Positions 39,425-49,798 of a DNA stretch of 64,000 nucleotides are shown one piece after another. Source of the stretch: Candidatus Omnitrophota bacterium (lineage in GTDB: Bacteria; Omnitrophota; Omnitrophia; JAHJGZ01); contig JAHJGZ010000132.1 of NCBI GenBank assembly GCA_018823795.1, forward strand, positions 21,755 through 85,754. Direction: 5' to 3'. The position numbers were made by a program, and so were the translations under genes. The notes below the pieces were generated by a model that saw only the letters and a program-made list of their open reading frames with translations, ran no database searches and was not told the DNA's origin. Within the stretch, counting starts at the first letter, position 1. Each line of letters opens with the position of its first letter.

Positions 39425-40355
39425 ATGCCTTAATAATATCCTTCACTAATTGATGGCGCACCACATCATGTTCATCGAGATACACAAACTGTATACCCTC
39501 AATCCCCTCTAAGACTGCTTGTACGTCAACGAGTCCTGATCGATGACCGTGGCGCAAATCTATTTGTGTAATATCACCCGTAATAATACACTTTGATGAA
39601 AAACCAAGCCGCGTTAAAAACATTTTCATTTGCTGCGGCGTTGAATTTTGTGCTTCATCAAGAATAATGAATGCATCATTCAGCGTCCGTCCCCGCATGA
39701 ACGCTAACGGCGCTATTTCAATAATCCCTTTCTCAATACACCGGGCAACTTCATCAAAGCCGATCATTTCATAGAGCGCATCATAGAGCGGACGCAAATA
39801 CGGATTAATCTTCGCATACATATCACCCGGAAGAAACCCCAAACTCTCCCCTGCCTCAACAGCAGGACGCGTAAGAATAATGCGTGCAACTTCATGCCGT
39901 TTTAAAAAAGCAAGCGCAATCGCTACCGCTAAGTACGTCTTCCCCGTGCCTGCTGGACCAATAGAAAAAATTATATCACGGCGCGCAGAAAAGTTCACAT
40001 ACTTTTCCTGCCCCTTTGAACGTGCCTGTATCGCTTTCCCTTTGTACGTCGTAAACACTGCCCCGTCAATAGGGACAGGTGCCGGTTTCTCTTTGTGATG
40101 AGGGCCTTCCTCCGGCATAAACTGTTCTAACTCTTCAGCAGATACCGTCTCACCACGTCTGATTGAACGAAGCATATTGTGAAAAAAAGCATATGCCTTA
40201 TCAATATCTTTTTCGTCGCCATTGAGCGTAATTTTATGACCGCGTGCACTCACCGTAATACGGCATCGGCTTTCAGCAAAAGAAATATTTTGGTCTAAAT
40301 TACCGAATAATTTAAGCGCTTCTTCATCACTGCGCACTTTGACGATTTTTTTCAA
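39375..40355 (-). CDS. phoH: PhoH-family ATPase
   Basis: GPAGTGKTYLAVA Walker A, in the conserved PhoH/YbeZ context upstream of ybeY. Confidence 0.9.
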   Translation of the reverse strand: MKKIVKVRSDEEALKLFGNLDQNISFAESRCRITVSARGHKITLNGDEKDIDKAYAFFHNMLRSIRRGETVSAEELEQFMPEEGPHHKEKPAPVPIDGAVFTTYKGKAIQARSKGQEKYVNFSARRDIIFSIGPAGTGKTYLAVAIALAFLKRHEVARIILTRPAVEAGESLGFLPGDMYAKINPYLRPLYDALYEMIGFDEVARCIEKGIIEIAPLAFMRGRTLNDAFIILDEAQNSTPQQMKMFLTRLGFSSKCIITGDITQIDLRHGHRSGLVDVQAVLEGIEGIQFVYLDEHDVVRHQLVKDIIKAYEKDEKKRTKRKNRKV

Positions 40356-40374
40356 ATGCCTATCTCCTCATCAC

Positions 40375-42132
40375 TTATTGCCGCACCCGCAGGTGCAACT
40401 CGTTGAGCTGTTTTTCACTCACCTCACTCGGCGCTGCAGTAAGTGGACAGGTCCCCTTTTGCGTTTTCGGAAATGCAATGACGTCTCGAATTGAATCAAG
40501 CCCCAGAAGCATTGCAACTAACCGGTCCAACCCTAAGGCAATACCACCATGCGGTGGCGCACCGTATCGCAATGCACGGAGCAAAAAACCAAACTTTTCC
40601 TCTGCTTCTTCCTTGGTAATATTCAACGCCGTGAACATTTTCTCCTGTATTGCTTCCTGATGAATACGAATACTACCGCCGCCAATTTCAGTGCCGTTAA
40701 ATACCAAATCATACGCACGAGCCTTCATCTTAAGCGGGTCAGAATCGATGAGTGCAATATCCTCGCTGCACGGCGAGGTAAACGGGTGATGCATTGCCTG
40801 CATTCGCTTTTCGTCCTCATTGTATTCCAGGAGGGGAAAATCAACGACCCAGCAAAACATAAATTTTGACTCGTCAATACTTTTCATGATACGCGCCAGA
40901 TGAAGACGTAATGCCCCTAACGAGACGCAACTCGTGTGCCAATCGCTCGCCACAAAAGTAAGCACGTCCCCTTCCTGCGCCTTAAAAGTTTCACGTATTT
41001 TATTTAATGTTTCATCAGTAAAAAATTTCTTAATCGGTGAATCAAAGCCGTCTTTGGTGACTTTAAACCACGCCAACCCTTTTGCACCGTACTGCGCAAC
41101 AAATGCCGTAAGGTCGTCAAAATCTTTGCGGGACATTTTACTCATTCCCGCTATTTTTAATCCCTTAATGACGCCGCCGCTTTTGATAACGTTTCCAAAT
41201 ATTTTAAACTCTGTTCCTTTAACAATCTCAGTAACATCTTGTATTTTCATCTCAAATCGTAAGTCAGGTTTGTCCGTCCCGTAGGTATTCATTGCCTCGC
41301 AATACGAAATGCGTTGAAACGGCACGGCAATCTCTCTTCCGAGTGCGTTTTTGCAAATGCGCTGAATCATTCCTTCAATTAACAAATAAATATCCTCTTC
41401 GGTAATATAGGACATTTCAATATCAATCTGGGTATGTTCCGGTTGTCGGTCAGCACGCAGATCTTCATCACGGAAACAGCGTGCCAGCTGAAAATAACGG
41501 TCATAGCCGGCAACCATTAATATCTGTTTAAAAAGTTGTGGAGATTGGGGCAACGCATAAAAGGTTCCCTTATTCATCCGACAGGGAACAAGATAATCCC
41601 GCGCCCCTTCAGGGGTGCTTTTCGTCAAACAGGGTGTTTCAAGTTCGATAAATTTTTCCTTATCAAGATAATCCCGTGCCTCTTTATTTATACGGTAGCG
41701 CAGTTCAAGATTTTTATACATTTTTTTCCTGCGCAAATCCAAGAAACGGTATTTGAGACGCAAATCTTCCGAGGCATCTTTTTCATCTGACACGTCAATC
41801 GGCGGGGTATCAGATTGGTTCAGGAGTTCAAGTTTTGTAACAACGATTTCAACCTCACCGGTCGGTAATTTTTTATTCACCGTCCCTTCAGGCCGGTGCC
41901 GCACCGTGCCCGTTGCCTGAATAACAAATTCTGAGCGCAATTTTGCTGCCTGATCGTGAAGATCTTTGTCATATTCCGGATTAAACACCAGCTGGGTCAC
42001 TCCCCACCGGTCCCGCACATCAATAAAAATAACACCGCCGTGGTCCCGCCAGCGGTCAACCCACCCGCACAGGGTAATGGTCGTATCAATATGTTTTGAA
42101 TTCAGCTCACCACAGGTATGTGTCCGTAACAT
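40375..42132 (-). CDS. aspS: aspartate--tRNA ligase
   Basis: MLRTHTCGELN...FIDVRDRWG... with class II motifs. I set the start at the ATG at 42132, which follows AAAGGA. Confidence 0.95.
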   Translation of the reverse strand: MLRTHTCGELNSKHIDTTITLCGWVDRWRDHGGVIFIDVRDRWGVTQLVFNPEYDKDLHDQAAKLRSEFVIQATGTVRHRPEGTVNKKLPTGEVEIVVTKLELLNQSDTPPIDVSDEKDASEDLRLKYRFLDLRRKKMYKNLELRYRINKEARDYLDKEKFIELETPCLTKSTPEGARDYLVPCRMNKGTFYALPQSPQLFKQILMVAGYDRYFQLARCFRDEDLRADRQPEHTQIDIEMSYITEEDIYLLIEGMIQRICKNALGREIAVPFQRISYCEAMNTYGTDKPDLRFEMKIQDVTEIVKGTEFKIFGNVIKSGGVIKGLKIAGMSKMSRKDFDDLTAFVAQYGAKGLAWFKVTKDGFDSPIKKFFTDETLNKIRETFKAQEGDVLTFVASDWHTSCVSLGALRLHLARIMKSIDESKFMFCWVVDFPLLEYNEDEKRMQAMHHPFTSPCSEDIALIDSDPLKMKARAYDLVFNGTEIGGGSIRIHQEAIQEKMFTALNITKEEAEEKFGFLLRALRYGAPPHGGIALGLDRLVAMLLGLDSIRDVIAFPKTQKGTCPLTAAPSEVSEKQLNELHLRVRQ

Positions 42133-42145
42133 AATTATCCTTTCT

Positions 42146-43432
42146 TTACTCTTCTGTAGACATAGATGCTCTGATGTTAGCCTCAAATGACTTGTCAAAA
42201 ATTAAACATTGATCAACGTCCAACGATCGAAGATCTTTCAATTGATAAGTTCCTCGTTCAACTTCATCCTGATTAAGAATCAATACCCACCGCAGACCGA
42301 ATTTATTGGCCCGTTTTAATTGACTCTTCAGTGACCGTTTATCTAAATCAGCGTACGTTGCGTACCCCAATGCTTCTAACCGTGCAAGTATCTGTTTCGC
42401 TTGATCAATATAGGCATTATCGCCATAGGCTACATACACGGTTCTTTCAAGAACCGATGAGGGATTCTTTTTGAGGCTATCTTCTAAACACACGAGCAAA
42501 CGCTCAACGCCGAGTGCAAAACCAATAGCACTTTTATCCTCACCACCCAGTTCTCGCAAGAGATTATTGTACCGGCCACCGGCGGCAATTGCATCCTGAG
42601 CACCGAGTTTTTTCGACGTGACTTCAAAGACAGTGCTCGTATAATAATCAAGGCCGCGTACGATATTTTTATCAATCGTATACGGAATCTGGAAAAGCAT
42701 CAGCCCTTTCTCAACCGCAGTAAAATGTTCGCGGCACCCTTCACACACATTATCACTCACCTTTGGTGCCCCCGCGGCAATCTCTTTACATTCTTTATTT
42801 TTACAATCAAAAATCCGGAGCACGTTTTTCTCAAACTTGACCTGGCAACTTTCACACAAACTTTCTTTTTGCGTGGTGAAAAACTCTCGCAGTTTTTTCA
42901 AAAATGCAGGCCGGCATTGTGGACAACCAATATTATTAAGCTTCACCGTACACGCATCGCGCTCAAGCCCGAGACGTTCAAGAAAAAAAACCAGATCCCG
43001 AATCACCTCTGCGTCACAGAACGGTGAATCATTGCCAATCACCTCAACCCCAATCTGATAAAACTGCCGTTTTCGTCCTGCTTGCGGCCGTTCAGCCCGA
43101 AACATAGGGCCTGAGTAAAAAAGTTTGAGCGGTTCACGTATACCGAGAAGATTGTTTTCAATGACCGCACGCACTATAGAGACGGTCATCTCCGGACGGA
43201 GGGTGAGACTGCGCTCACCACGGTCACAGAAGGTGTACATCTCTTTACTGACGATATCAGTCACCTCGCCAATCGATCGCTGAAACAGTTCGGTGTATTC
43301 GACGACGGGCGTACGGATCTCTTCATAAAGCCGCGCCTTAAAAAACAAGCGTGCTTCATCTTCAACAAACTGCCAATTCGTTACTTCTGGCAGAAAAATA
43401 TCTGACATTCCTTTAACTCTTTTATACTGCAT
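42146..43432 (-). CDS. hisS: histidine--tRNA ligase
   Basis: 428 aa; KGMSDIFLPE..LRPEMT..FYSGPMFRAERPQAGR. Confidence 0.95.
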   Translation of the reverse strand: MQYKRVKGMSDIFLPEVTNWQFVEDEARLFFKARLYEEIRTPVVEYTELFQRSIGEVTDIVSKEMYTFCDRGERSLTLRPEMTVSIVRAVIENNLLGIREPLKLFYSGPMFRAERPQAGRKRQFYQIGVEVIGNDSPFCDAEVIRDLVFFLERLGLERDACTVKLNNIGCPQCRPAFLKKLREFFTTQKESLCESCQVKFEKNVLRIFDCKNKECKEIAAGAPKVSDNVCEGCREHFTAVEKGLMLFQIPYTIDKNIVRGLDYYTSTVFEVTSKKLGAQDAIAAGGRYNNLLRELGGEDKSAIGFALGVERLLVCLEDSLKKNPSSVLERTVYVAYGDNAYIDQAKQILARLEALGYATYADLDKRSLKSQLKRANKFGLRWVLILNQDEVERGTYQLKDLRSLDVDQCLIFDKSFEANIRASMSTEE

Positions 43433-43624
43433 ATGCGCCCTTTCTTCCTAAAAGTAGTGGCTATAATAACATAGGCACGGAAAAATGTCTATACCTAAGA
43501 GAAATACGCGTTTCTCTACCCTTTATATAACACACTTCGCCCGTTACACAAAAAAAAACACGTAACTTTTTCAGGTACATAAATGATTATGGAAAATTAA
43601 TAGGAAAGATGCTTGCAGGAAAGG

Positions 43625-44218
43625 TTACCGCCTGACCAATGCATAGAGGCATGTCGAGCCGGTTATGGATGTATCCGCTTGCTCTTTACTCATTCTCACC
43701 ACCCGCAGCCCATTCTCATCATAAAACACTTTGCCATTCATCGGATTTCTGCAGGCCAGTTGATAACAATGCATACAATTTTTCCCCGCAATGCTAATTT
43801 TTTTAGCAAGTAAATTTCGTGCTCGCTGATGAGCAATACAGGCGGGATAAATAAGGGCATTTGAGCCAGGGCTTCGTTTCATATAATCAAACATAACTCG
43901 TTTATGAAAGGGGGGGGTCGCTGCACCGTGAATGATATTCAATTTTCTCATCTCACTTGACATACAACACCCTTTTAAAACAACAACGCCAGAATCAGAA
44001 ATTTTTGAAGAACCTTCAAGTTCAACAAATTCTGAGGTCCCATTTTCATGTGCGTGCTTAAATTCCTCCCAACTGCTGTATTGCTTTGCTTCTATCGCCT
44101 GAGCTATTGTAGCCCCTTCGTTAAAAAAATTAAATGAGACAGAGTCATCACGCACCGCTTTATCGAGCATTTTATTTAAAACTTTACTATTGAGTATAAG
44201 TGCCATTTTCCCTGCCAC
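43625..44218 (-). CDS. Cys-rich hypothetical protein
   Basis: 197-aa ORF with several Cys pairs (GCCM, CMHC..C). No family recognised. Confidence 0.5.
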   Translation of the reverse strand: MAGKMALILNSKVLNKMLDKAVRDDSVSFNFFNEGATIAQAIEAKQYSSWEEFKHAHENGTSEFVELEGSSKISDSGVVVLKGCCMSSEMRKLNIIHGAATPPFHKRVMFDYMKRSPGSNALIYPACIAHQRARNLLAKKISIAGKNCMHCYQLACRNPMNGKVFYDENGLRVVRMSKEQADTSITGSTCLYALVRR

Positions 44219-44421
44219 GAAGATCTCCTTGTTCTCTACTTATAGAATATCGACCAGTTTTCCCTGATTCTTTAACGGCGTATACAGCGCTCTTTTATCA
44301 GCTTTTAAGGGATGAGACAATGAAGTTCCTTATTACAATAACACGCCCCACAGGCACAGTCCTCTTGTAACACAAAAAATGGAGAAAATGATGGTATGTT
44401 ATTCTTGTGAGAATTATGCAG

Positions 44422-44450
44422 ATTCCCGCACTTTTTTAAAATGCGGGAAT
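44422..44450 (-). terminator. hairpin immediately after the RRM gene stop
   Basis: 9-bp stem attcccgca/tgcgggaat. No clean U-tract on the minus sense, so this is tentative. Confidence 0.35.
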
Positions 44451-44455
44451 TGTTT

Positions 44456-44875
44456 CTATCGTCCGTATGGGCTGTAGCCGCCTCGGCTGTCACCTCGACC
44501 ACGACCGCCGCCGCCGCCGCCTCGATTGCCACCGCCACCGCCTCGGCTGTCACTTCGACCACGACCACCGCCGCCGCCACGTGAATAGCCACCACCACTA
44601 CGCGGAGGTCGCGACTCTTTTGCCCGTGCCTGGCTTACATTCAATGTCCGTCCACCAAGCTCCTGCCCGTTCGCAGCATCAATTGCTTTCTGGACATCCT
44701 CTGAAGAAGAAAGTTCAATAAAACCAAACCCTTTTGAGCGGTCCGTATATCGATCTTTTACTACGGTTACTGCTGTGACCGTAATGCCTTTTTCTTCAAA
44801 AAAATTATTGAGTTGCTCTTCGGTTACTTCATAACTCAAATTTCCGACATATACCTTATTAGCTGCATCAGACAT
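44456..44875 (-). CDS. RRM-type RNA-binding protein with RGG/Gly-rich tail
   Basis: RNP2 is VYVGNL and RNP1 is KGFGFIEL. The C-terminal tail is (RGGGGG)n. Confidence 0.9.
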   Translation of the reverse strand: MSDAANKVYVGNLSYEVTEEQLNNFFEEKGITVTAVTVVKDRYTDRSKGFGFIELSSSEDVQKAIDAANGQELGGRTLNVSQARAKESRPPRSGGGYSRGGGGGRGRSDSRGGGGGNRGGGGGGRGRGDSRGGYSPYGR

Positions 44876-44917
44876 GATTATTGCTCCTTTACTGTTAACG
44901 ATGATTCTGTTTTGTTA

Positions 44918-45109
44918 TTAAAACGTTTGATTTCTTTTTTGTTGTAACCTTTTTCTTTTCCGCGCATCGGTCTTCTTTTTAACCGATGGTTTTGAATAAT
45001 AGCGTCTTTCTTTCACCTCCTGTAAAATGCCTTCGCGCCGACAGCGCGTTTTAAACGATTTGAGCGCTCGCTCTAAATCTTCTTTTCTTCGTACCATCAC
45101 TTTTGCCAC
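44918..45109 (-). CDS. rpsU: 30S ribosomal protein S21
   Basis: 63 aa; VRRKEDLERALKSFKTRCRREGIL..RRYYSKPS. Confidence 0.9.
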   Translation of the reverse strand: MAKVMVRRKEDLERALKSFKTRCRREGILQEVKERRYYSKPSVKKKTDARKRKRLQQKRNQTF

Positions 45110-45143
45110 TCTTTCTCACCCCTCTCATCTTTCAACGCTGTAT

Positions 45144-45656
45144 TTATTGAATATTGACAATCGTAACATCAAACTGCAGTTCTTTGCCTGCAAGTGGATG
45201 ATTAAAATTAATGACAATGGTAGTGTCCCGCACTTCTGCAATAACTACCGCTACTTTCCCCCGCTGTGGATGGTTCAATTGTAAGATCATACCAACCTTT
45301 GGCTCTATATTCTCAGGCAGTGACGTCTTAGGAATTTCTTTGAAGGCGTCTGGATTGACCTGACCGTACCCTTCTTCTGCGCTCACCGTAATCGTTTGTT
45401 TGGCACCAACTTTTAATCCTTCAAGCTGTTGCTCAAGCCCCCGCACAATTTTCCCTTCGCCATGAACATATTCAAGCGGCTTACGCCCTGCGGAGGTGTC
45501 AACCTGCTGGCCATCAATCGTGAGGACATAATCAAACTGTACTTTTTTACCTGCTTCAATCATAGCAACAGTTTCCTTCTCTTGGGTTACATGCATAAAC
45601 GCTACTACACCACCCACAATAAGCACAATCCCAACAACTATCAATACTCGTTTCAT
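45144..45656 (-). CDS. FKBP-type peptidyl-prolyl cis-trans isomerase with N-terminal membrane anchor
   Basis: VQFDYVLTIDG...HPLAGKELQFDVTIVNI is the FKBP fold. The N-terminus has a TM segment. Confidence 0.85.
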   Translation of the reverse strand: MKRVLIVVGIVLIVGGVVAFMHVTQEKETVAMIEAGKKVQFDYVLTIDGQQVDTSAGRKPLEYVHGEGKIVRGLEQQLEGLKVGAKQTITVSAEEGYGQVNPDAFKEIPKTSLPENIEPKVGMILQLNHPQRGKVAVVIAEVRDTTIVINFNHPLAGKELQFDVTIVNIQ

Positions 45657-45790
45657 TCTGTGTATTCCTCGGGTGCGTATTCGTTTCCCATTAGTATGTG
45701 TCAGGATAGGACGTTAAAAGACTTGATCTTCCTGATATGTTTGGCATTTTTGTGCGGTTTTAAATGCATGCTTTCTTATTTTATTGCGAC

Positions 45791-45819
45791 AGTATGCACT
45801 ATTTATCTGTATTTGTCAA
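45791..45819 (-). promoter_or_regulatory. candidate sigma-70 promoter (TTGACA, 17 nt, CATACT)
   Basis: The minus sense reads TTGACAaatacagataaatagtgCATACT, upstream of the FKBP-rpsU-RRM genes. Confidence 0.45.
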
Positions 45820-45877
45820 ACCCTAAAATTCGAATCCATTCGAAGAATAAATACCATACCGGAACCTTCTCCAACGT

Positions 45878-46390
45878 TTACACAGACGACCGAAAAGCGG
45901 GATGATATTTCACCACCCCTTTCATCCTTTGCAAGTAACCGGCGTGAAGTTCTCGTACCATAAAAACATCGGGAGGAACATCAAACTCTGAGGTGAACGA
46001 AAACGTATCTGAGGACATAAAACGAAACCGTCGGTAATACGCAGGATGACCAAGTACGACCACGACACAAACCCCTTTTAAGAGACATCCGCAAATCCCC
46101 ACTTCAATGAGCATTGCGCCAAGGCCTTGCCGCTGATAATGTGGCATAACTGCCATTGGCCCCAGGCCAAGAATTTCTTGGGATGATCCGGTTGCTTCAA
46201 CCGTTACCGGCGTAAATAAAATATGTCCGACAACAGCCCCGTCAACCACCGCTACGATAGATAAAACATGTGCATTCTCTTTGCGTAATGTATCAACAAG
46301 GTCAGCTTCAGCACTGCGGCCAAACGCTGCCTCGTGTATCTGCCGAATCACCGGAATGTCTTCTTCTTGCTCAGGGCGTATATCCGTCAC
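45878..46390 (-). CDS. GNAT-family N-acetyltransferase
   Basis: 170 aa; the acetyl-CoA motif QRQGLGAMLIE. Confidence 0.8.
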   Translation of the reverse strand: MTDIRPEQEEDIPVIRQIHEAAFGRSAEADLVDTLRKENAHVLSIVAVVDGAVVGHILFTPVTVEATGSSQEILGLGPMAVMPHYQRQGLGAMLIEVGICGCLLKGVCVVVVLGHPAYYRRFRFMSSDTFSFTSEFDVPPDVFMVRELHAGYLQRMKGVVKYHPAFRSSV

Positions 46391-46569
46391 AATGGCACCT
46401 TTCTCTTAATCGAAAATAGTTACACGTCTCATGTCAATTTCTTGTCTTAATAATCGGCCGTTCAGGATAAAACATTGAGGATTATTTGAATCGCTGATGT
46501 ATAACACAATGTGCTTATTAAATAACGGCTTAATGACACGTGATGGCGCCGAAATATGGTCCCGCACTT

Positions 46570-46992
46570 CTATAATGCCCTCGCCCCCAGAAGTTCTTTT
46601 TTCTTTGCCTGCCGTATTTCACTTATGATATCTTCTTTGACATCAACATAAAAATCATTAAAATCATCATTTTCAGATAGATGATCAAACTCTTCATCCA
46701 ACTCCCACATCTTCTTCAATTTCATCTCGGCAAAATCTTTTTTACCTTGTTTATATAACGCGTATGCCTGATAATAATACGCCTTTGCCTTTACTTGCTT
46801 GCGAAATGAGCCGTAGACTAATTCCTGTGCCGAATTAAAAACACCTGCAAATTTTTGTGCACTGACAAGCTCGGCAATCGCGTTTAACCGGTCCTCTTCA
46901 GCCCCAATTTTAAAGCCAAAAAACGCCGTTATACCAAGAACAATGACAATGCCGCTTAAAATACCTAACATTTCTAATGAATGTTTTTTCAT
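46570..46992 (-). CDS. membrane-anchored hypothetical protein (TPR-like helix pair)
   Basis: 140 aa with an N-terminal TM and a YYYQAYALYKQGK TPR-like segment. Confidence 0.5.
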   Translation of the reverse strand: MKKHSLEMLGILSGIVIVLGITAFFGFKIGAEEDRLNAIAELVSAQKFAGVFNSAQELVYGSFRKQVKAKAYYYQAYALYKQGKKDFAEMKLKKMWELDEEFDHLSENDDFNDFYVDVKEDIISEIRQAKKKELLGARAL

Positions 46993-47077
46993 CGTAGGTC
47001 CTTTCTTTTATACGAATACTTACCGATTTTCACCCGTTTATTATATACCGGGGCTTCCAAAAAACAACACACTTTTT

Positions 47078-47160
47078 TTAATGAGCACGTACTTTACGGA
47101 GTTTGAAGAACGACGTAAAGTACTTTGCGAATTAATACTTTGCCAGCTAGCTGGCAAAGT
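47078..47160 (-). repeat. intergenic module copy 3 (P1 perfect palindrome, linker, P2)
   Basis: P2 spans 47089-47123 (gtactttacg...cgtaaagtac). The linker is gcgaattaat. P1 is actttgccagctagctggcaaagt (47137-60). Confidence 0.75.
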
Positions 47161-47271
47161 ATATCACCATCGGCAAAAGAAACAAAACATTGAGGATTAT
47201 GTGCTGTACTCTCTTACAACAGTGCGCTCTTTGTCTTTTTCTTCTGATACCTCTGGAGCAAATCCTTCTTG

Positions 47272-47880
47272 TTATTCCAACCGTAACGACTGGACGACCC
47301 GCTCATAATCGTTCAGATATTTCCGGTACTGATCACGGCGCGCCACATAATAAAGGTTGTACACCCGGTCATTTTTTTTCATAAAAAGCAGTTTACCCTG
47401 CAGTGGCGTCTCGTCACTCAGAGTTTCACTATCAATAGTGAACGCCTCTTCTCCTGCAACACGTGAATACAAATGATTGGTAAAACGGCTATTCTTATTA
47501 AATTGAACGATCCCTTTACATATTTCATCAGCAATTCTTTCAAGCGACTGGTCAGTATTAATGACATTTTTGTTTAATGTCGTCATCGTAAACGAGGCGG
47601 CTGGCTCATCATTATTATATTTAATGAACAGCAACGACATATCAGGATGCACGGCATCACACACCGTATACGAATACGATCCGGGAACCAGAATGCTATA
47701 CCCCCGCGGAGAACGGTAGCGCATATCAACCTGAGCAATCCCTTTCTCCTCCTGCTGCGCCGTCGGACACTGTATTTCAGGAAGGCCGGCGACTGCGCAA
47801 CAGGTAATACCTCCCGCATAATTAAAAATGACCAGAACAAAAATAAAAAGACAACCCTGTCGGTAAAAAATACTTTTCAT
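47272..47880 (-). CDS. secreted hypothetical protein
   Basis: Signal-like MKSIFYRQGCLFIFVLVIF. Start taken at the ATG at 47880. Confidence 0.5.
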   Translation of the reverse strand: MKSIFYRQGCLFIFVLVIFNYAGGITCCAVAGLPEIQCPTAQQEEKGIAQVDMRYRSPRGYSILVPGSYSYTVCDAVHPDMSLLFIKYNNDEPAASFTMTTLNKNVINTDQSLERIADEICKGIVQFNKNSRFTNHLYSRVAGEEAFTIDSETLSDETPLQGKLLFMKKNDRVYNLYYVARRDQYRKYLNDYERVVQSLRLE

Positions 47881-47923
47881 TTTTATATTTTTGTTTATCG
47901 AATGTATGAGCACAACACCTACC

Positions 47924-49783
47924 TTACTGTTGTATATTCTGTCCAAAGTATTCTCTTAAGAGCACCTGTGCAATATTTTTCGCCAACAGCCGATTCCCTT
48001 TTCTCGTACAATGGCCAAAATCTCCGGCAAATGAATCGGTAAAATACTCTGTATACCCTTCGTTGCGCACACTCGTTTTAAATGTCAATTCATTATCGAC
48101 AAACACAATAGTATCATCAAAACTGCAGAACTGTTTTAATGGTTTAATATTGCGCACTGGATATTGTACACACACAAGCGGGATACCATGTTTTTTCGCG
48201 ATATCATTCAATTGCCGGTAATAACGAGATAATCGTGAATCAAACAACGTAGATTCTACCTGTTCTGCCCTCTGGAAAGAGGTTTGGGCAGTTGTTTCAT
48301 CTTCCATTAAATAGTAATATAACCCAAGACCACGGTGTGCCCAACTATTATATGGATCCTTATTAATCTGGTCTTCATACAGTTGCCTGAATTCACTATA
48401 TTGTTCTTGTGCAATGTAGAAGAACGCCATCATTCCCCCTACCCTTTGACGTTCTGCTTTCTGCATACTGTCATTGGCAATTGTCAGAGCTTCTTTAAAG
48501 GTCTTTTCTGCTGCTTTACTATTGCCACTTGCTTGGTAACAATCCCCTATGCAACGTACTGAAAATTGATTATACGGATTAAGCGTATATGCTTTCTTGA
48601 ACATCTCCAATGCTCTGTCAAAATCACCCATCTTACAGTAATATAATCCAAACTCTACATAAGCACGGTCAGACCTCGGATTGAACGCTAATGCCTTCTT
48701 AACCATACTCTCACATTGAACAAATTTGTTCCGACTACGGTAACAAGAACTAAGTAAAACATATGCCATAGAACTTCGTGGATTTATGGTAAGCGCACGA
48801 TACAACGCCTTCTCTGCCTCCTGAATCTGCCCTTTTTTAGACAAACAGTACCCCCACGCAATGTCAAATAATTCGTGCTGGGGTTGTAAGGCAACTGCTT
48901 TCTGAAACATACGTTTGGCCGCATAAAAGTCCGCCTCCTTCACAAAGCAGAACCCCAAGCCAAGATACGCAAGGTCATTTTTAGGATTGAGAGTGCGCAC
49001 ATTGGAAAAGAATTTTTTTGCACTCAGATTGTCATTCATTTCAAAAGAACAAAAGCCAAGCATTAAAAGTGCCCACTCATTCTTTGGATTTACCGCCTGC
49101 ACTTTCTCAAACAACTCACGTGCCGCATCAATGCGGCGTTCATTCCACAACTGCCTTCCCTCCCGCAACAATTGCTGTTCTTCAGGCGAATATTTTTTTA
49201 TTTGTTCTTGAAACAATTCCTCAAGAGTCTGTGGTAATTGAACATTCCTTTGCGGCAGAGCGAAAGAACGAGTACTGCCACCGCCACCCTGTAACAATTG
49301 AAATTTTTGAATACTATGAAGCTTCAGGAGCTGTATCAACTTTATAATATGGAAGTGATGAAGGAAAGCCGGTCGCAAAAAAGACCTGTTGCCATACATA
49401 ATATCATTAATCCCTGCCATCGTAACAATAAGGTGGGGTTTATACGTCTGTATGTTATCCTCTAATCGCCCAACAAGAACCTGCATTGACGCTGATCCTA
49501 CCCCTTCATTAACAACACTCACCGCAATGCCGGGAAGGGCTTTATTTAATATCTCCTCTAGCTGGCTCGGATACGAATCCTCTCCTCCCATAGCAGTTGT
49601 CGATTCTCCAATGCACAAAATACGGTATTCGCCATATTTTTGAATTGATGTTTTATTGCGATATTCTTGCATCCACGAAAATAAAAATCCGCCGAACCGA
49701 AGTCCTACTTCAAGAAGCAGAAAGAAAAGAACAATACCAAAAATAATTAAAAATATTTTTTGTTTTCCTGTCGTGTGTGTCAT
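47924..49783 (-). CDS. SGNH/GDSL-like hydrolase domain protein with multiple TPR repeats
   Basis: N-terminal TM, then ILCIGESTT (the GDS-type block), then about 8 TPR-like repeats. Confidence 0.7.
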   Translation of the reverse strand: MTHTTGKQKIFLIIFGIVLFFLLLEVGLRFGGFLFSWMQEYRNKTSIQKYGEYRILCIGESTTAMGGEDSYPSQLEEILNKALPGIAVSVVNEGVGSASMQVLVGRLEDNIQTYKPHLIVTMAGINDIMYGNRSFLRPAFLHHFHIIKLIQLLKLHSIQKFQLLQGGGGSTRSFALPQRNVQLPQTLEELFQEQIKKYSPEEQQLLREGRQLWNERRIDAARELFEKVQAVNPKNEWALLMLGFCSFEMNDNLSAKKFFSNVRTLNPKNDLAYLGLGFCFVKEADFYAAKRMFQKAVALQPQHELFDIAWGYCLSKKGQIQEAEKALYRALTINPRSSMAYVLLSSCYRSRNKFVQCESMVKKALAFNPRSDRAYVEFGLYYCKMGDFDRALEMFKKAYTLNPYNQFSVRCIGDCYQASGNSKAAEKTFKEALTIANDSMQKAERQRVGGMMAFFYIAQEQYSEFRQLYEDQINKDPYNSWAHRGLGLYYYLMEDETTAQTSFQRAEQVESTLFDSRLSRYYRQLNDIAKKHGIPLVCVQYPVRNIKPLKQFCSFDDTIVFVDNELTFKTSVRNEGYTEYFTDSFAGDFGHCTRKGNRLLAKNIAQVLLREYFGQNIQQ

Positions 49784-49798
49784 TTATTTTCTTGTTCG

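Noticed and set aside
44305-44721. ORFs 44305..44598 (-) and 44467..44721 (+), rich in A/V or R/H
   Set aside because: They are alternative-frame readings of the GC-rich tandem repeat that encodes the RGG tail of the RRM protein.
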